The position numbers were made by a program, and so were the translations under genes. Below are positions 1 through 8,571 of a DNA stretch of 64,000 bases, one piece after another. This DNA comes from Candidatus Bathyarchaeota archaeon (GTDB lineage: Archaea > Thermoproteota > Bathyarchaeia > Bathyarchaeales > Bathycorpusculaceae). Below the pieces are notes generated by a model, which saw nothing but the letters and a program-made list of their open reading frames with translations, was not told the DNA's origin and ran no database searches. The stretch spans positions 1,056,001 to 1,120,000 of the forward strand of contig CAWFFH010000003.1 of NCBI GenBank assembly GCA_963815095.1, given 5' to 3'. Every line of letters starts with the position of its first letter. Position 1 is the stretch's first letter.

Positions 1-323
1 TTTGCGTTTGGAAAAATGGCGGCTTCTGAGGTCTCTGCAATTCCTTGTGCATCAAACAATCCTGCTTGAATGCTAAAGTGTGACCAGTCTAGACCAAAGT
101 TTTTGAGAGCTCCTGCAGTGCTGGTTCCGAACTGTACTGGCTCCGGATAGAGTGCTTCTCGTCCTCTGAATGCAGAAAGGCTGATTTCGCACAAAACTGA
201 ACAATCATGGATGCAAATTGGACACATACCGCTGATTGCGCTTGTGTCTTTTACTCTTGTGTTTGTTCCAACGGTTGATTTTCCATTTAGATACGAACTA
301 TTATTTTGTGTACGTTCACTCAA
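1..323 (-). CDS. FMN-binding glutamate synthase family protein (archaeal GltB2-like), N-terminal part; runs off window
   Basis: Manual translation from TTG at 323: MSERTQNNSSYLNGKSTVGTNTRVKDTSAISGMCPICIHDCSVLCEISLSAFRGREALYPEPVQFG...; the CxxCxxxCxxxC and RGRE-LYP-FG motifs are typical of this family; purine-rich RBS GTGGGGG upstream. Confidence 0.75.
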   Translation of the reverse strand, partial: MSERTQNNSSYLNGKSTVGTNTRVKDTSAISGMCPICIHDCSVLCEISLSAFRGREALYPEPVQFGTSTAGALKNFGLDWSHFSIQAGLFDAQGIAETSEAAIFPNA

Positions 324-375
324 TTTTTTATTTCCCCCACTTTTAGTTCTTTTATGGATGACTAGTTAGTCGATA

Positions 376-440
376 GTATTGCCTGGTATGATTATTTAAC
401 GTTTGTCAATATTGGGTATTACCTGGTCACATAAACGTTT
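376..440. promoter_or_regulatory. Divergent promoter region with duplicated candidate operator GTATTRCCTGGT (376-387, 416-427)
   Basis: Two 11/12-identical copies 40 bp apart, each followed by AACGTTT (398-404, 434-440). Confidence 0.45.
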
Positions 441-477
441 AAGTGCATTCTTATAAGATAAGGTAGTTTGACAGTTA

Positions 478-657
478 ATGAAGAAAAAGAAAATCGCAAT
501 CAGTATAGATCAAGAACTCTACGACTGGCTTAAGGGTGAAGTGGACTCTGAGGAGAGAACATTCGCTTCAATGAGTCATGCCATTGAATACTGTATTGCT
601 TATTTGAAGAAAGACTACGATTTTGAACTAACCAAAAAAAGTAAAAAGTCACAATAA
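478..657 (+). CDS. Ribbon-helix-helix (CopG/MetJ-like) DNA-binding protein, 59 aa
   Basis: Manual translation MKKKKIAISIDQELYDWLKGEVDSEERTFASMSHAIEYCIAYLKKDYDFELTKKSKKSQ: beta-strand KIAISID, helix, then FASMSHAIE helix pattern; below the ORF-track size cutoff. Confidence 0.75.
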   Translation: MKKKKIAISIDQELYDWLKGEVDSEERTFASMSHAIEYCIAYLKKDYDFELTKKSKKSQ

Positions 658-932
658 CATTTTAGATACCCAAAAAATAATGTTGAGGATGCCCTGATTA
701 ACAGGGCAACTAGACCCAATCAGCAGACCTTTGTGGTGGCGACTAATTTTTGGACGTTTTTTGACACGGTTAATCTGTGTATCTTACACATACATTGAAT
801 ATGGCTAACAAAACCATTACGATAATAATTATGCTTTTTTGGGTCTTGAAATCGTACATTAATATTCCCAAATTACTTTTCACCCTAAAATCTTAAACCT
901 TAAAAGCAGTTGGCAGCATACAGAAACTCATC

Positions 933-2045
933 ATGAAGCACAAATCGTTAGGGCGACAAGTTCTTGAAAACAAGAAATTGTCGATTCTTTTATGTGTTCT
1001 TTTACTTGTTCTGCCGCTTGCCAGCCAAACTTGTAGCGCTCAGACAACCCCGCGACTGCAGAACAAGGCGTTAATGTTTCTTACTGACGTGATAGGAGTT
1101 GACACATCAAACTATAGGATTTCATTGTATGACAACCGATCCATTCAGGGGCAAGATTACCTCTTTTACAGCCTCGAACCGACCAAAGGGTCCATATTCG
1201 CTGTAGGAGGTAATGTCGGCTTCAACTTCTACAATGACTCTTTAGGGTCATGCAGTTTTGACCCAGGCACCATTAATCAACCTTACCTACATCCGCGCAG
1301 CGACCGCTTCAACGACACATTAGCCATAATGCAAAGGTACTATGGATGGACCAACGACACTCAAGTTCAGCAAATGATTGATCTTATGAAGAAAGTCGGT
1401 TCCGAAAAGAACTTACTTGAAGTCTCTGGCAATTTATCGCTTCGAATTTCAATACATTCACTCCTGGCCGAATATCGATTCAGCAATTACCTCAATGGAG
1501 TCGAGTACACAGGAGTGACTGTCAGCATGGGAAATTCTAGCGGAGACGTTTTCTTTGACGATAACCGAGTATGGCAAAAAATAGGAAATACAAGCATCAA
1601 CATAACCCAAGACCAAGCCATACGCATAGCCGAGGACGCAGCCAAAAGGTACTCTTATAATCATAATTTCGGGAATGGAACCGTAGTGACTATTTCTAAC
1701 CTCAATGTTACGGGCATTTATAGAACAAGCCTCTCAAGTACGTTGAGGGATAATTCAACACTTTATCCCATCTACAACATAGAATTGAACGTCACAGGCT
1801 TGCCCTCGAAGTATGTCGGTATTGGCGTATTTGTTTGGGCAAATGACGGAAAAATTCAATCTGTCTACCAATATATTTATCCAAGCTCTCCTTTTGTTGA
1901 TTCGATTTTCAACTTAATATTCTTCCAAACACTTTTTGGCTCATTGATAGACCTTGTTTTGGTATTGTGCCTTTTTGTGGCAGTCATAGTTATTGTGCTG
2001 GTAGTGGTTCTGAGAAGCAAGAAAGCGAACTCAAATAGTGGTTAA
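933..2045 (+). CDS. Secreted, C-terminally membrane-anchored hypothetical (glyco)protein
   Basis: N-terminal signal peptide, many N-x-S/T sequons, C-terminal TM helix plus basic tail. Confidence 0.75.
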   Translation: MKHKSLGRQVLENKKLSILLCVLLLVLPLASQTCSAQTTPRLQNKALMFLTDVIGVDTSNYRISLYDNRSIQGQDYLFYSLEPTKGSIFAVGGNVGFNFYNDSLGSCSFDPGTINQPYLHPRSDRFNDTLAIMQRYYGWTNDTQVQQMIDLMKKVGSEKNLLEVSGNLSLRISIHSLLAEYRFSNYLNGVEYTGVTVSMGNSSGDVFFDDNRVWQKIGNTSINITQDQAIRIAEDAAKRYSYNHNFGNGTVVTISNLNVTGIYRTSLSSTLRDNSTLYPIYNIELNVTGLPSKYVGIGVFVWANDGKIQSVYQYIYPSSPFVDSIFNLIFFQTLFGSLIDLVLVLCLFVAVIVIVLVVVLRSKKANSNSG

Positions 2046-2138
2046 TGGATAACCAGGTGATATCTTCATTCACTGAGGTTCGATGTAACGGATGCTCAAC
2101 TCGATAGGGGCTTTATCTTCTATCTCCTGTACAAAGAC

Positions 2139-2193
2139 TTAGTCAAGAAACTTTGACCAGAAAAAGGGGGTTTAGTTCAGAAACCTTGACAAG
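2139..2193 (+). repeat. Tandem pair of palindromic dif-like sites (copies A, B)
   Basis: TTAGTCAA-GAAACT-TTGACCAG (2139-2160) and TTAGTTCA-GAAACC-TTGACAAG (2172-2193), followed by TATA-like CTTTTATTGCAAA. Confidence 0.8.
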
Positions 2194-2226
2194 AACCCTT
2201 TTATTGCAAACCATTTCAACATAGAT

Positions 2227-3555
2227 TTGGTGATTATGAGAAAAGGTTTGGTCTTAGCGGTTGTTCTCGTCTTCCTAACAGCATCATCCACAATCTTGGC
2301 TTTGCCTGTTTCTGGAGCTTCTGCCAATGAGAATACTTGGGTAGATTTAGCACCTATGCATATAGCAAGAGCATGGTTGGGAGTCGCAGCAGTAAACGAA
2401 AAAATCTATGCAATTGGCGGTTCAACCGCAAGCGGATTTGAACCAGCGTCATTTCCTTATGGAAATATTAATGCAGACCATTTTGTCGCCACAAACGAAG
2501 AATATGACCCGACCAATAATATTTGGAGTTACAAAGCACCAATGCCTACTCCCCGAATGGCTTTCGCGATAGCCGAATTTCAAGGCAAAATTTACTGTAT
2601 AGGCGGCAGAAGTGTAGCTGGTATGTCAGGCGGTTATACTTCTGTAAATGAAGTGTATGACCCAGTTACCAATACTTGGGGAAACAAAGCTCCAATGCCA
2701 GTTGCCAATGGTTGGATAGAAGCAAAAGTCATTGACAATAAAATCTATATCAGAAACAGTCTTCCAAATACCTCAGGCATAAATTATGTTTATGACCCAA
2801 CATCCGATAAATGGAATAGTTCAGTCCCAACTCCACAAGACGGAAAATTATTGCTAGATTACATTCCTAATGGTTATGAAACTACAGGGATAATGTCTCC
2901 TAAGATGGTTTACACTTTTAATAGAGATTTTAGTTCAAACATTGACGTTTATAATCCTGAAAACGACAGTTGGAAAAATGGTGTTCCGAGACCTTTAGAA
3001 CGTTATGGGTTCGGGGTGGCAGTTTCGAATGACATCTTTTATGTTGTAGGAGGTTACACTTACAGTTTCATTGGCAACTTTGCTCCCTTAACGGCAAACG
3101 AGGAATACATTCCATTTGGCTATGGTACCCCTGATTCGACATATGTGCTGGAGCATGCTCCACCTGAAATGACATTTAGGTCACCGCTAAACCAAACTTA
3201 TAACGATTCAATCATTCCGATCATTTACACAGTTAACAAGAATTTAACATCTTCAGATTACAGTTTGGACGGGCAACAGAACATTACCATAACTGGCAAT
3301 ACTACACTCACAAGAATACCTAATGGCACACACAACCTAGCAATCTACGCTAATGATTCATATGGAAATACAGGCAGTCAAACAATCAATTTCACAGTTG
3401 AGAAACCAGAGTCAAAGTCCTCTCCTACCGGTTCAGTTGCTGTTATTTCTGGAATAACGGCTGTAGTTGTTGTTATTGTTGCTGCTAGTTTGCTGTTGAT
3501 CTACTACAAGCGCAAACGTAGTTTAGTCAAGAAACCTTTACGAAAAACCTCTTAA
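2227..3555 (+). CDS. Kelch-repeat surface protein with Ig-like domain and C-terminal TM anchor
   Basis: Repeated KIYAIGG / EEYDP..W..KAPMP kelch motifs; YSLDG..N.T..GN Ig-like module; TM plus KRKR; likely true start ATG 2236. Confidence 0.85.
   Translation: MVIMRKGLVLAVVLVFLTASSTILALPVSGASANENTWVDLAPMHIARAWLGVAAVNEKIYAIGGSTASGFEPASFPYGNINADHFVATNEEYDPTNNIWSYKAPMPTPRMAFAIAEFQGKIYCIGGRSVAGMSGGYTSVNEVYDPVTNTWGNKAPMPVANGWIEAKVIDNKIYIRNSLPNTSGINYVYDPTSDKWNSSVPTPQDGKLLLDYIPNGYETTGIMSPKMVYTFNRDFSSNIDVYNPENDSWKNGVPRPLERYGFGVAVSNDIFYVVGGYTYSFIGNFAPLTANEEYIPFGYGTPDSTYVLEHAPPEMTFRSPLNQTYNDSIIPIIYTVNKNLTSSDYSLDGQQNITITGNTTLTRIPNGTHNLAIYANDSYGNTGSQTINFTVEKPESKSSPTGSVAVISGITAVVVVIVAASLLLIYYKRKRSLVKKPLRKTS
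3523..3544 (+). repeat. dif-like site copy C, overlapping the 3' end of the kelch gene (encodes LVKKP)
   Basis: TTAGTCAA-GAAACC-TTTACGAA. Confidence 0.75.
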
Positions 3556-3599
3556 GATAGAAAGTTCTGAGGGATTAAGCAACTCAGGGCAGTATTACA

Positions 3600-4853
3600 T
3601 TGAAGAAAAAGGCTATAGGCATATCGTTGGTCTTAGCGCTTCTATTTTCATTAGCAGCTGGAACGTCACTTGTTGATTTAACATACGCTAATCCCATCGC
3701 ACCACGCAGTTATCCTCAAATAACAATTAACAGTGATGGTAGCATAACACCACCAACTGCGCCCATAAACCGCACTGGAAACGTTTACACGCTTGCAGAA
3801 GATTTGCTTGAACAAACAATTGTGATATATCGGAGTGATATAGTGTTTGAAGGAGCCGAACACACTATTAGTGTCCCGGAAAAGCCGGGGAGCGGTTTTG
3901 TTTATCAAACGATTGGCATATGGCTGATGCCAGACGAGCATGCAGCTGGTGTAATTAATAGAAAAAATGTAATTATAAGAAACCTGACGGTTCTGGGGAC
4001 TGTTGAAGTTTATTGTGGGGATAACTGTCAAATCGAAAAAGTCAATGCAAAAAATATTTGGGTAGATGGCAATTCCAACACGATAAAAGATAGCGCCTGC
4101 GGAGTAGGATTAAGCAATAACGCAAGAAATAATGTGATTACAAGAAACAACATAAACTCTTTGTGGGTCGGCAATGATTGTTACTCTAATAAATTTTATC
4201 TAAACAATTTCAATCTAACTGAATACCCAGGAGTATTCAGCACGATTTCTTGGGATAATGGGGACATCGGCAATTTTTGGAGCAACTACACAATAAAGTA
4301 TCCTGATGCCATAGAATTAGGCAATTCTGGAATCGGTAACATACCATACACTATCGAAAAAGAGTACCTTACAAGTCAATTAGAAAGACAATATGGAGGG
4401 CTAGCTAACGTCACATTTATGAGTCTTGGTTATGTCCCGCTTGTTGATCGTTTTCCACTAATCTATCAATGGGGAGCTCCACGAGTGATTCTACTCAACC
4501 TTGAAAATCTTACATCCTCTGAGCCTCTTGCCCTCAACTTTTCAGTCAGCAAGCCAGTTGTTTGGACAGGATATAGTCTTAATGGCGGAGAAAACACAAC
4601 TATCGCAGGCAACACTACTATCAACAGCTTAACAACAGGTTCTCATAACATAACAATCTACGCTAAAGACACCTCTGGAAATATTGGCGCTTCAGAAACT
4701 TTCAGATTTGAAGTTGCCCCAGAGTCCATTTTAGCCGGAGCCTCAGAGTCCTTGCCAATTTTAACGGTTGTCGCTGTTTCCGTAGTTGCTTTTGCTTTGG
4801 TGGCTTCTGGTTTGTTGCTTTTTAGACTATATGAAAGACGAGTGAGAAAGTAA
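3600..4853 (+). CDS. Parallel beta-helix (NosD/CASH-like) surface protein with Ig-like domain and TM anchor
   Basis: ITINSDGSI.P.TAPI N-terminus, Asn-rich beta-helix, WDNG..GNFWS.Y motif, YSLNG Ig-like module, C-terminal TM. Confidence 0.8.
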   Translation: MKKKAIGISLVLALLFSLAAGTSLVDLTYANPIAPRSYPQITINSDGSITPPTAPINRTGNVYTLAEDLLEQTIVIYRSDIVFEGAEHTISVPEKPGSGFVYQTIGIWLMPDEHAAGVINRKNVIIRNLTVLGTVEVYCGDNCQIEKVNAKNIWVDGNSNTIKDSACGVGLSNNARNNVITRNNINSLWVGNDCYSNKFYLNNFNLTEYPGVFSTISWDNGDIGNFWSNYTIKYPDAIELGNSGIGNIPYTIEKEYLTSQLERQYGGLANVTFMSLGYVPLVDRFPLIYQWGAPRVILLNLENLTSSEPLALNFSVSKPVVWTGYSLNGGENTTIAGNTTINSLTTGSHNITIYAKDTSGNIGASETFRFEVAPESILAGASESLPILTVVAVSVVAFALVASGLLLFRLYERRVRK

Positions 4854-4979
4854 CTCTTGCTGGCTAGTCCGGTGCCTTCTTGGCCCTTGCGGCCGATTTT
4901 TAGACTGGGCTTGACCTGAGCTGCTATAGAACTGGGCATTCGCCCGTATGAGAGATTGCAGCCTGAAAGCCAGCAGGAG
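4854..4979 (+). ncRNA. Candidate IS110 bridge/seek RNA
   Basis: Closing stem 4854-4865/4968-4979 and two stem-internal-loop-hairpin modules; loop 1 is complementary to the right-hand target flank. Confidence 0.5.
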
Positions 4980-4990
4980 AAAGAAAAAAA

Positions 4991-6037
4991 ATGGTGAGAT
5001 ATGTAGGAGTAGATGTTGGCAAAGCCAAATGCAGAGCAGCAATAATGAATCAAACCGGCGCCATCGAGAGCGAATTCTTCTTTGAAAACAACACTAAAGG
5101 AATAGAGTCTTTGACGTCTATGCTAACTGTTGAGGATCAGGTTGTTATGGAATCTACAGGGAATTTGTGGCTAAGCATATACGATGCATTGGATAATAGA
5201 AGCATTAAGGTAGTGCTGGCTAATCCATTGAAGACTAAAGTGATAGCTTCAGCGAAAATAAAAACTGATAAGGTGGATGCTAGGATTTTGGCGCATTTGC
5301 TGAGAGCTGATCTTGTTGCTGAAAGCTATGTTCCGCAAGGAAGCATACGTGAAATGCGAGGTTTAGTTAGGCATAGGCTGAGCTTGGTTAGAATGCGCAC
5401 GGCTATAAAGAACAAGGCACATGCAATCGTTGACAAGTATAGTTATCGTTGTGAATTCTCAGATATGTTCGGTAAAGGTGGAATTGCTTGGATGAGGTCA
5501 CTGATACTTAATGAGCTTGATAGACTGATTTTGGAAAACCATCTTTCGCTGATTGAATCTATTAACTTGCAGGTCGGGATGGTGGATAAAGCTATTCGAA
5601 AAATCGCTTGTGAGGATGAGGATGTTCGGTTGCTACTTAGCTTGACTGGTGTTGATGTTTATGGTGCATTGTTGATTCATAGTGAAATTGGTCCGATAAC
5701 GCGGTTTAGTAGTTATAAGAAGTTGATTTCTTGGGCTGGTTTGGCTCCGTCGGTGCATCAATCTGGGAATGTTGAGTATACTGGTAGGATTACTAAGCGT
5801 GGTTCTAGCTTGTTGAGGTGGGTTATGGTTGAGGCTGCGAGGACTGCTGTGCAGTATCATGAGAAATTGGCTGGGTTTTATGAGCGTGTGAGGGCTAGGC
5901 GTGGTGATCAGAAGGCTGCTGTTGCTGTTGCTTGTAAGATGCTTAAGATTGTTTGGTTCATGCTAAGTAGGCGTGAGGTCTATAGCTGTGCTAATACGAG
6001 GCGTTATGGAGAAAAGCTAAAAAAGATTGGTGCGTAG
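4991..6037 (+). CDS. IS110 family transposase/recombinase (DEDD RuvC-like plus Tnp20 domain)
   Basis: GVDVGK, VMESTG, KTDKVDA catalytic residues; GLAPSVHQSG and ITKRGSSLLRW motifs. Confidence 0.95.
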   Translation: MVRYVGVDVGKAKCRAAIMNQTGAIESEFFFENNTKGIESLTSMLTVEDQVVMESTGNLWLSIYDALDNRSIKVVLANPLKTKVIASAKIKTDKVDARILAHLLRADLVAESYVPQGSIREMRGLVRHRLSLVRMRTAIKNKAHAIVDKYSYRCEFSDMFGKGGIAWMRSLILNELDRLILENHLSLIESINLQVGMVDKAIRKIACEDEDVRLLLSLTGVDVYGALLIHSEIGPITRFSSYKKLISWAGLAPSVHQSGNVEYTGRITKRGSSLLRWVMVEAARTAVQYHEKLAGFYERVRARRGDQKAAVAVACKMLKIVWFMLSRREVYSCANTRRYGEKLKKIGA

Positions 6038-6153
6038 TTTGGTTTACTGGCTTTCAGGATAAGTTGGTCGCTGGCTTAGAGAACCGTCTTTCATGAGAGA
6101 AGGCATCGAAAACTCGTTGAATTGAGGAAGTTAGAGAATTAAACCCAAGTTAA

Positions 6154-7638
6154 TCAAATACATTGATGCATTGGCAGTCGGTGTCTTCTTTGCACAATTA
6201 TTAACAAAGCGGCTATTGTAACCAGGGCAACAATAATTAGCGACAAAGCTTCATTAGGCATTTCTGGAACCGAAGAAGCCTCAGGCATATCTGGCACCGA
6301 AGAAATCTTTGCCCCGCTCAGATCGAACATTATATTGTGTGAGCTATGGTGATAGTAAAAGTGCAGTATCCAGCTGTCCTCTGTTGAGGTTACAGTATAG
6401 GAAACTGGGTTATCATCAATATAGGCTTGGATGGATGAAACATTCTCAACAAGGCTTCTGCTAACACAGACATCGGCATACCCCATAGTTCCACTCAGCC
6501 CCGTTACTGAGAAGCTTAACTGGGCATTAGCCGAATCAAACGATAGGTTAGCCACGGTAGAGTTGGAGTCCACTGAAAATACAGTTTGTGATTGATTGCC
6601 GCTTGGGGCTGTGATTAGAACGGGAACGGCTTTGAAGACAAAGCTAGTTGTTGAGCTTCCCCAATAGGTTGCGTTAATCAGGTAGTTGCCTTCCGTTGAA
6701 GGTGACCAGTCGATGGAGTAGCTTCCATTTGTGGAAGTGTTTGTAGAGCCGATAAAACGCCATATTGGTTCGCCGATTTGTTGATAGGAGAATTCTATGA
6801 TTGCCTGCGGTATACCTGTGCCATATAATGATAGGGTGCCGAAAACTTGTATGTTGCCATTGGAGCCTTCACTCTGGCAGTTAACCGATAACGAGGACAT
6901 TCCAGGGTGAGAAGAGTCAACTGTTGGGGGCGGCATCACGGAGGAGTTGCCTTGTCCCGAAGCGTAAATTGCAACAACCTCGTTGTCGATGTATTGTAAG
7001 GAACTCAAAGTTGAGGGGAACGAGGTGCTGTTTAAATTGCATCTTGCACGCTGGGAAGATTCTACGAATTGGTCTTCGTTTATATGAATATTGGGGCCTT
7101 GCACAACAGCAGCCAACCAGTATGTACCTGCCTGTAGAGATATGGGGGATGCGAAATTTAGTGTTTGGAATTCGTCTAGTGTCAATGCAATGTTGTCAAC
7201 TGGTTTGCTGATAGTGTCCAATTCGGTTTGCCCAATTAGTTCTCCTATTTGTCCGTTGTTGTCACTATAAATTGCAAACCGGTAAGTGCTGTCTTCATCC
7301 TTTTCGTTGATAGAGTACCCAATGTACATTTGGCATGACATAGAAGTGATTGTTGCAGCCCCGTTGAGCTGGAAGAGTGAAGCACTAAAATTTTCGTTGT
7401 CCCCTCCATGAGCCAAATAAGGATAACCAAGGATGGGTTTATCGCCCTGTGCAGAGGTACCTTGTATAACGCCAAATGCTGCGGATACCAAAAGTAAGGC
7501 AACTAAGAATGCAGGAGACCATGAATGGTTATTCAAGTTTGTTTTCTCACTGTACTTTCTTGTGACGTTAGTAATACATTTTACTGTAGAACCAATATAA
7601 CAAAGAAAAATGGGGGTTGCGCGGGTGGATTTCTCCAT
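6154..7638 (-). CDS. Secreted surface protein with Ig-like domains and VPE-type C-terminal sorting/TM segment
   Basis: Signal peptide (probable start TTG 7536); FSVDSNSTV.NL.FDS..LSFSV.G..GT.GY and Y.HSSH module; VPDMPE/VPEMP plus TM plus RRHR. Confidence 0.75.
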   Translation of the reverse strand: MEKSTRATPIFLCYIGSTVKCITNVTRKYSEKTNLNNHSWSPAFLVALLLVSAAFGVIQGTSAQGDKPILGYPYLAHGGDNENFSASLFQLNGAATITSMSCQMYIGYSINEKDEDSTYRFAIYSDNNGQIGELIGQTELDTISKPVDNIALTLDEFQTLNFASPISLQAGTYWLAAVVQGPNIHINEDQFVESSQRARCNLNSTSFPSTLSSLQYIDNEVVAIYASGQGNSSVMPPPTVDSSHPGMSSLSVNCQSEGSNGNIQVFGTLSLYGTGIPQAIIEFSYQQIGEPIWRFIGSTNTSTNGSYSIDWSPSTEGNYLINATYWGSSTTSFVFKAVPVLITAPSGNQSQTVFSVDSNSTVANLSFDSANAQLSFSVTGLSGTMGYADVCVSRSLVENVSSIQAYIDDNPVSYTVTSTEDSWILHFYYHHSSHNIMFDLSGAKISSVPDMPEASSVPEMPNEALSLIIVALVTIAALLIIVQRRHRLPMHQCI

Positions 7639-7716
7639 TTGTACAGGGTTCGAGATAACGGTTGCTCAAAATGCCAGAGGTTGTGGCGTCTATTTTCTTG
7701 CAGAAAGCATCAAAGC

Positions 7717-7772
7717 ATAGTCAAGAAAACTTGACTTGGAAAGGACGGGTTTAGTTTAGAAACATAGCCAAG
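7717..7772 (+). repeat. Tandem pair of dif-like sites (copies D, E)
   Basis: ATAGTCAA-GAAAAC-TTGACTTG and TTAGTTTA-GAAACA-TAGCCAAG-AACCTTTT; same ~33-bp spacing and linker as 2139-2193. Confidence 0.75.
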
Positions 7773-7936
7773 AACCTTTTTTGGTAAATTGAGCTTGGTA
7801 TCCTGCAAGCTAATAATTAGTTTAACATATTCTTTTGGTTCTGTAGTTTCAGGGCTTAACCGTTTGTGGTAGGCATAGAACAAGCACATATACTTAACTT
7901 AACTGCTGAGTTTGAAATTCTAAACTAAAGAGTTGT

Positions 7937-8344
7937 TTGAAATTGGATCACACAGTTGTTCATTTTGAAATTCCTGCAAATGATGTTAAGAAATTGCAAA
8001 AATTCTATGAAAATGTCCTCGGATGGAAAATAACCAAATCCCCTATGCCAGATGTAGAATATTATATAATAGCTACTGTCCCTACCGACGACAAAGGAAT
8101 GCTTCAACGCCCAGGCGTAAACGGCGGCTTATACCCGCGAACTTCAGATATGCAAAACGCTCCTCAAATCAATTACGTCAGCGTAGAAGACATCGACAAG
8201 TACGCAGATATGGTTACCAAAGAAGGCGGAAAGATCTTGGTTCCAAAAAGACAGATACCAAAGGTCGGATGGTTTGCAATAGCCTCGGACCCAGAAGGCA
8301 ACTCATTTGGCCTTCTGCAGCCGGACATGTCACCGAAAACATAA
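7937..8344 (+). CDS. VOC (glyoxalase/bleomycin resistance) family protein
   Basis: VVHFEIPA.D....KFY..VLGW and DPEGNSFGL motifs. Confidence 0.9.
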   Translation: MKLDHTVVHFEIPANDVKKLQKFYENVLGWKITKSPMPDVEYYIIATVPTDDKGMLQRPGVNGGLYPRTSDMQNAPQINYVSVEDIDKYADMVTKEGGKILVPKRQIPKVGWFAIASDPEGNSFGLLQPDMSPKT

Positions 8345-8571
8345 AGCCAACTTAGAGAGACCATTTGCCTAAATCGTATTTTTTTGATTTCTTACTCTTT
8401 TTTTAGTTGATGGATCCTTGTTTGTTCGAAAGTACGCTCTCAATTTGTAAAATTAACTATTTTCATCATTTATAGGAAGTGCCATTTTCGAATAAGTGAA
8501 TCGATTATTGACCAGAAAATTTTTCTTAGCATACGCGTTTGCTATCTTAGAAACTTTCCAAAGCTTTCTTT

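Larger units (their letters stand above)
4848..6098 (+). mobile_element. IS110-family insertion sequence
   Basis: Transposase plus structured 5' non-coding end; TGAGA shared at both junctions (4843-4847, 6094-6098); removing the element restores an open frame for the upstream gene. Confidence 0.75.

Noticed and set aside
690-708. TGCCCTG-ATTAA-CAGGGCA hairpin after the RHH gene
   Set aside because: A single short hairpin without a U-tail; it cannot be assigned as a terminator or ncRNA from sequence alone.
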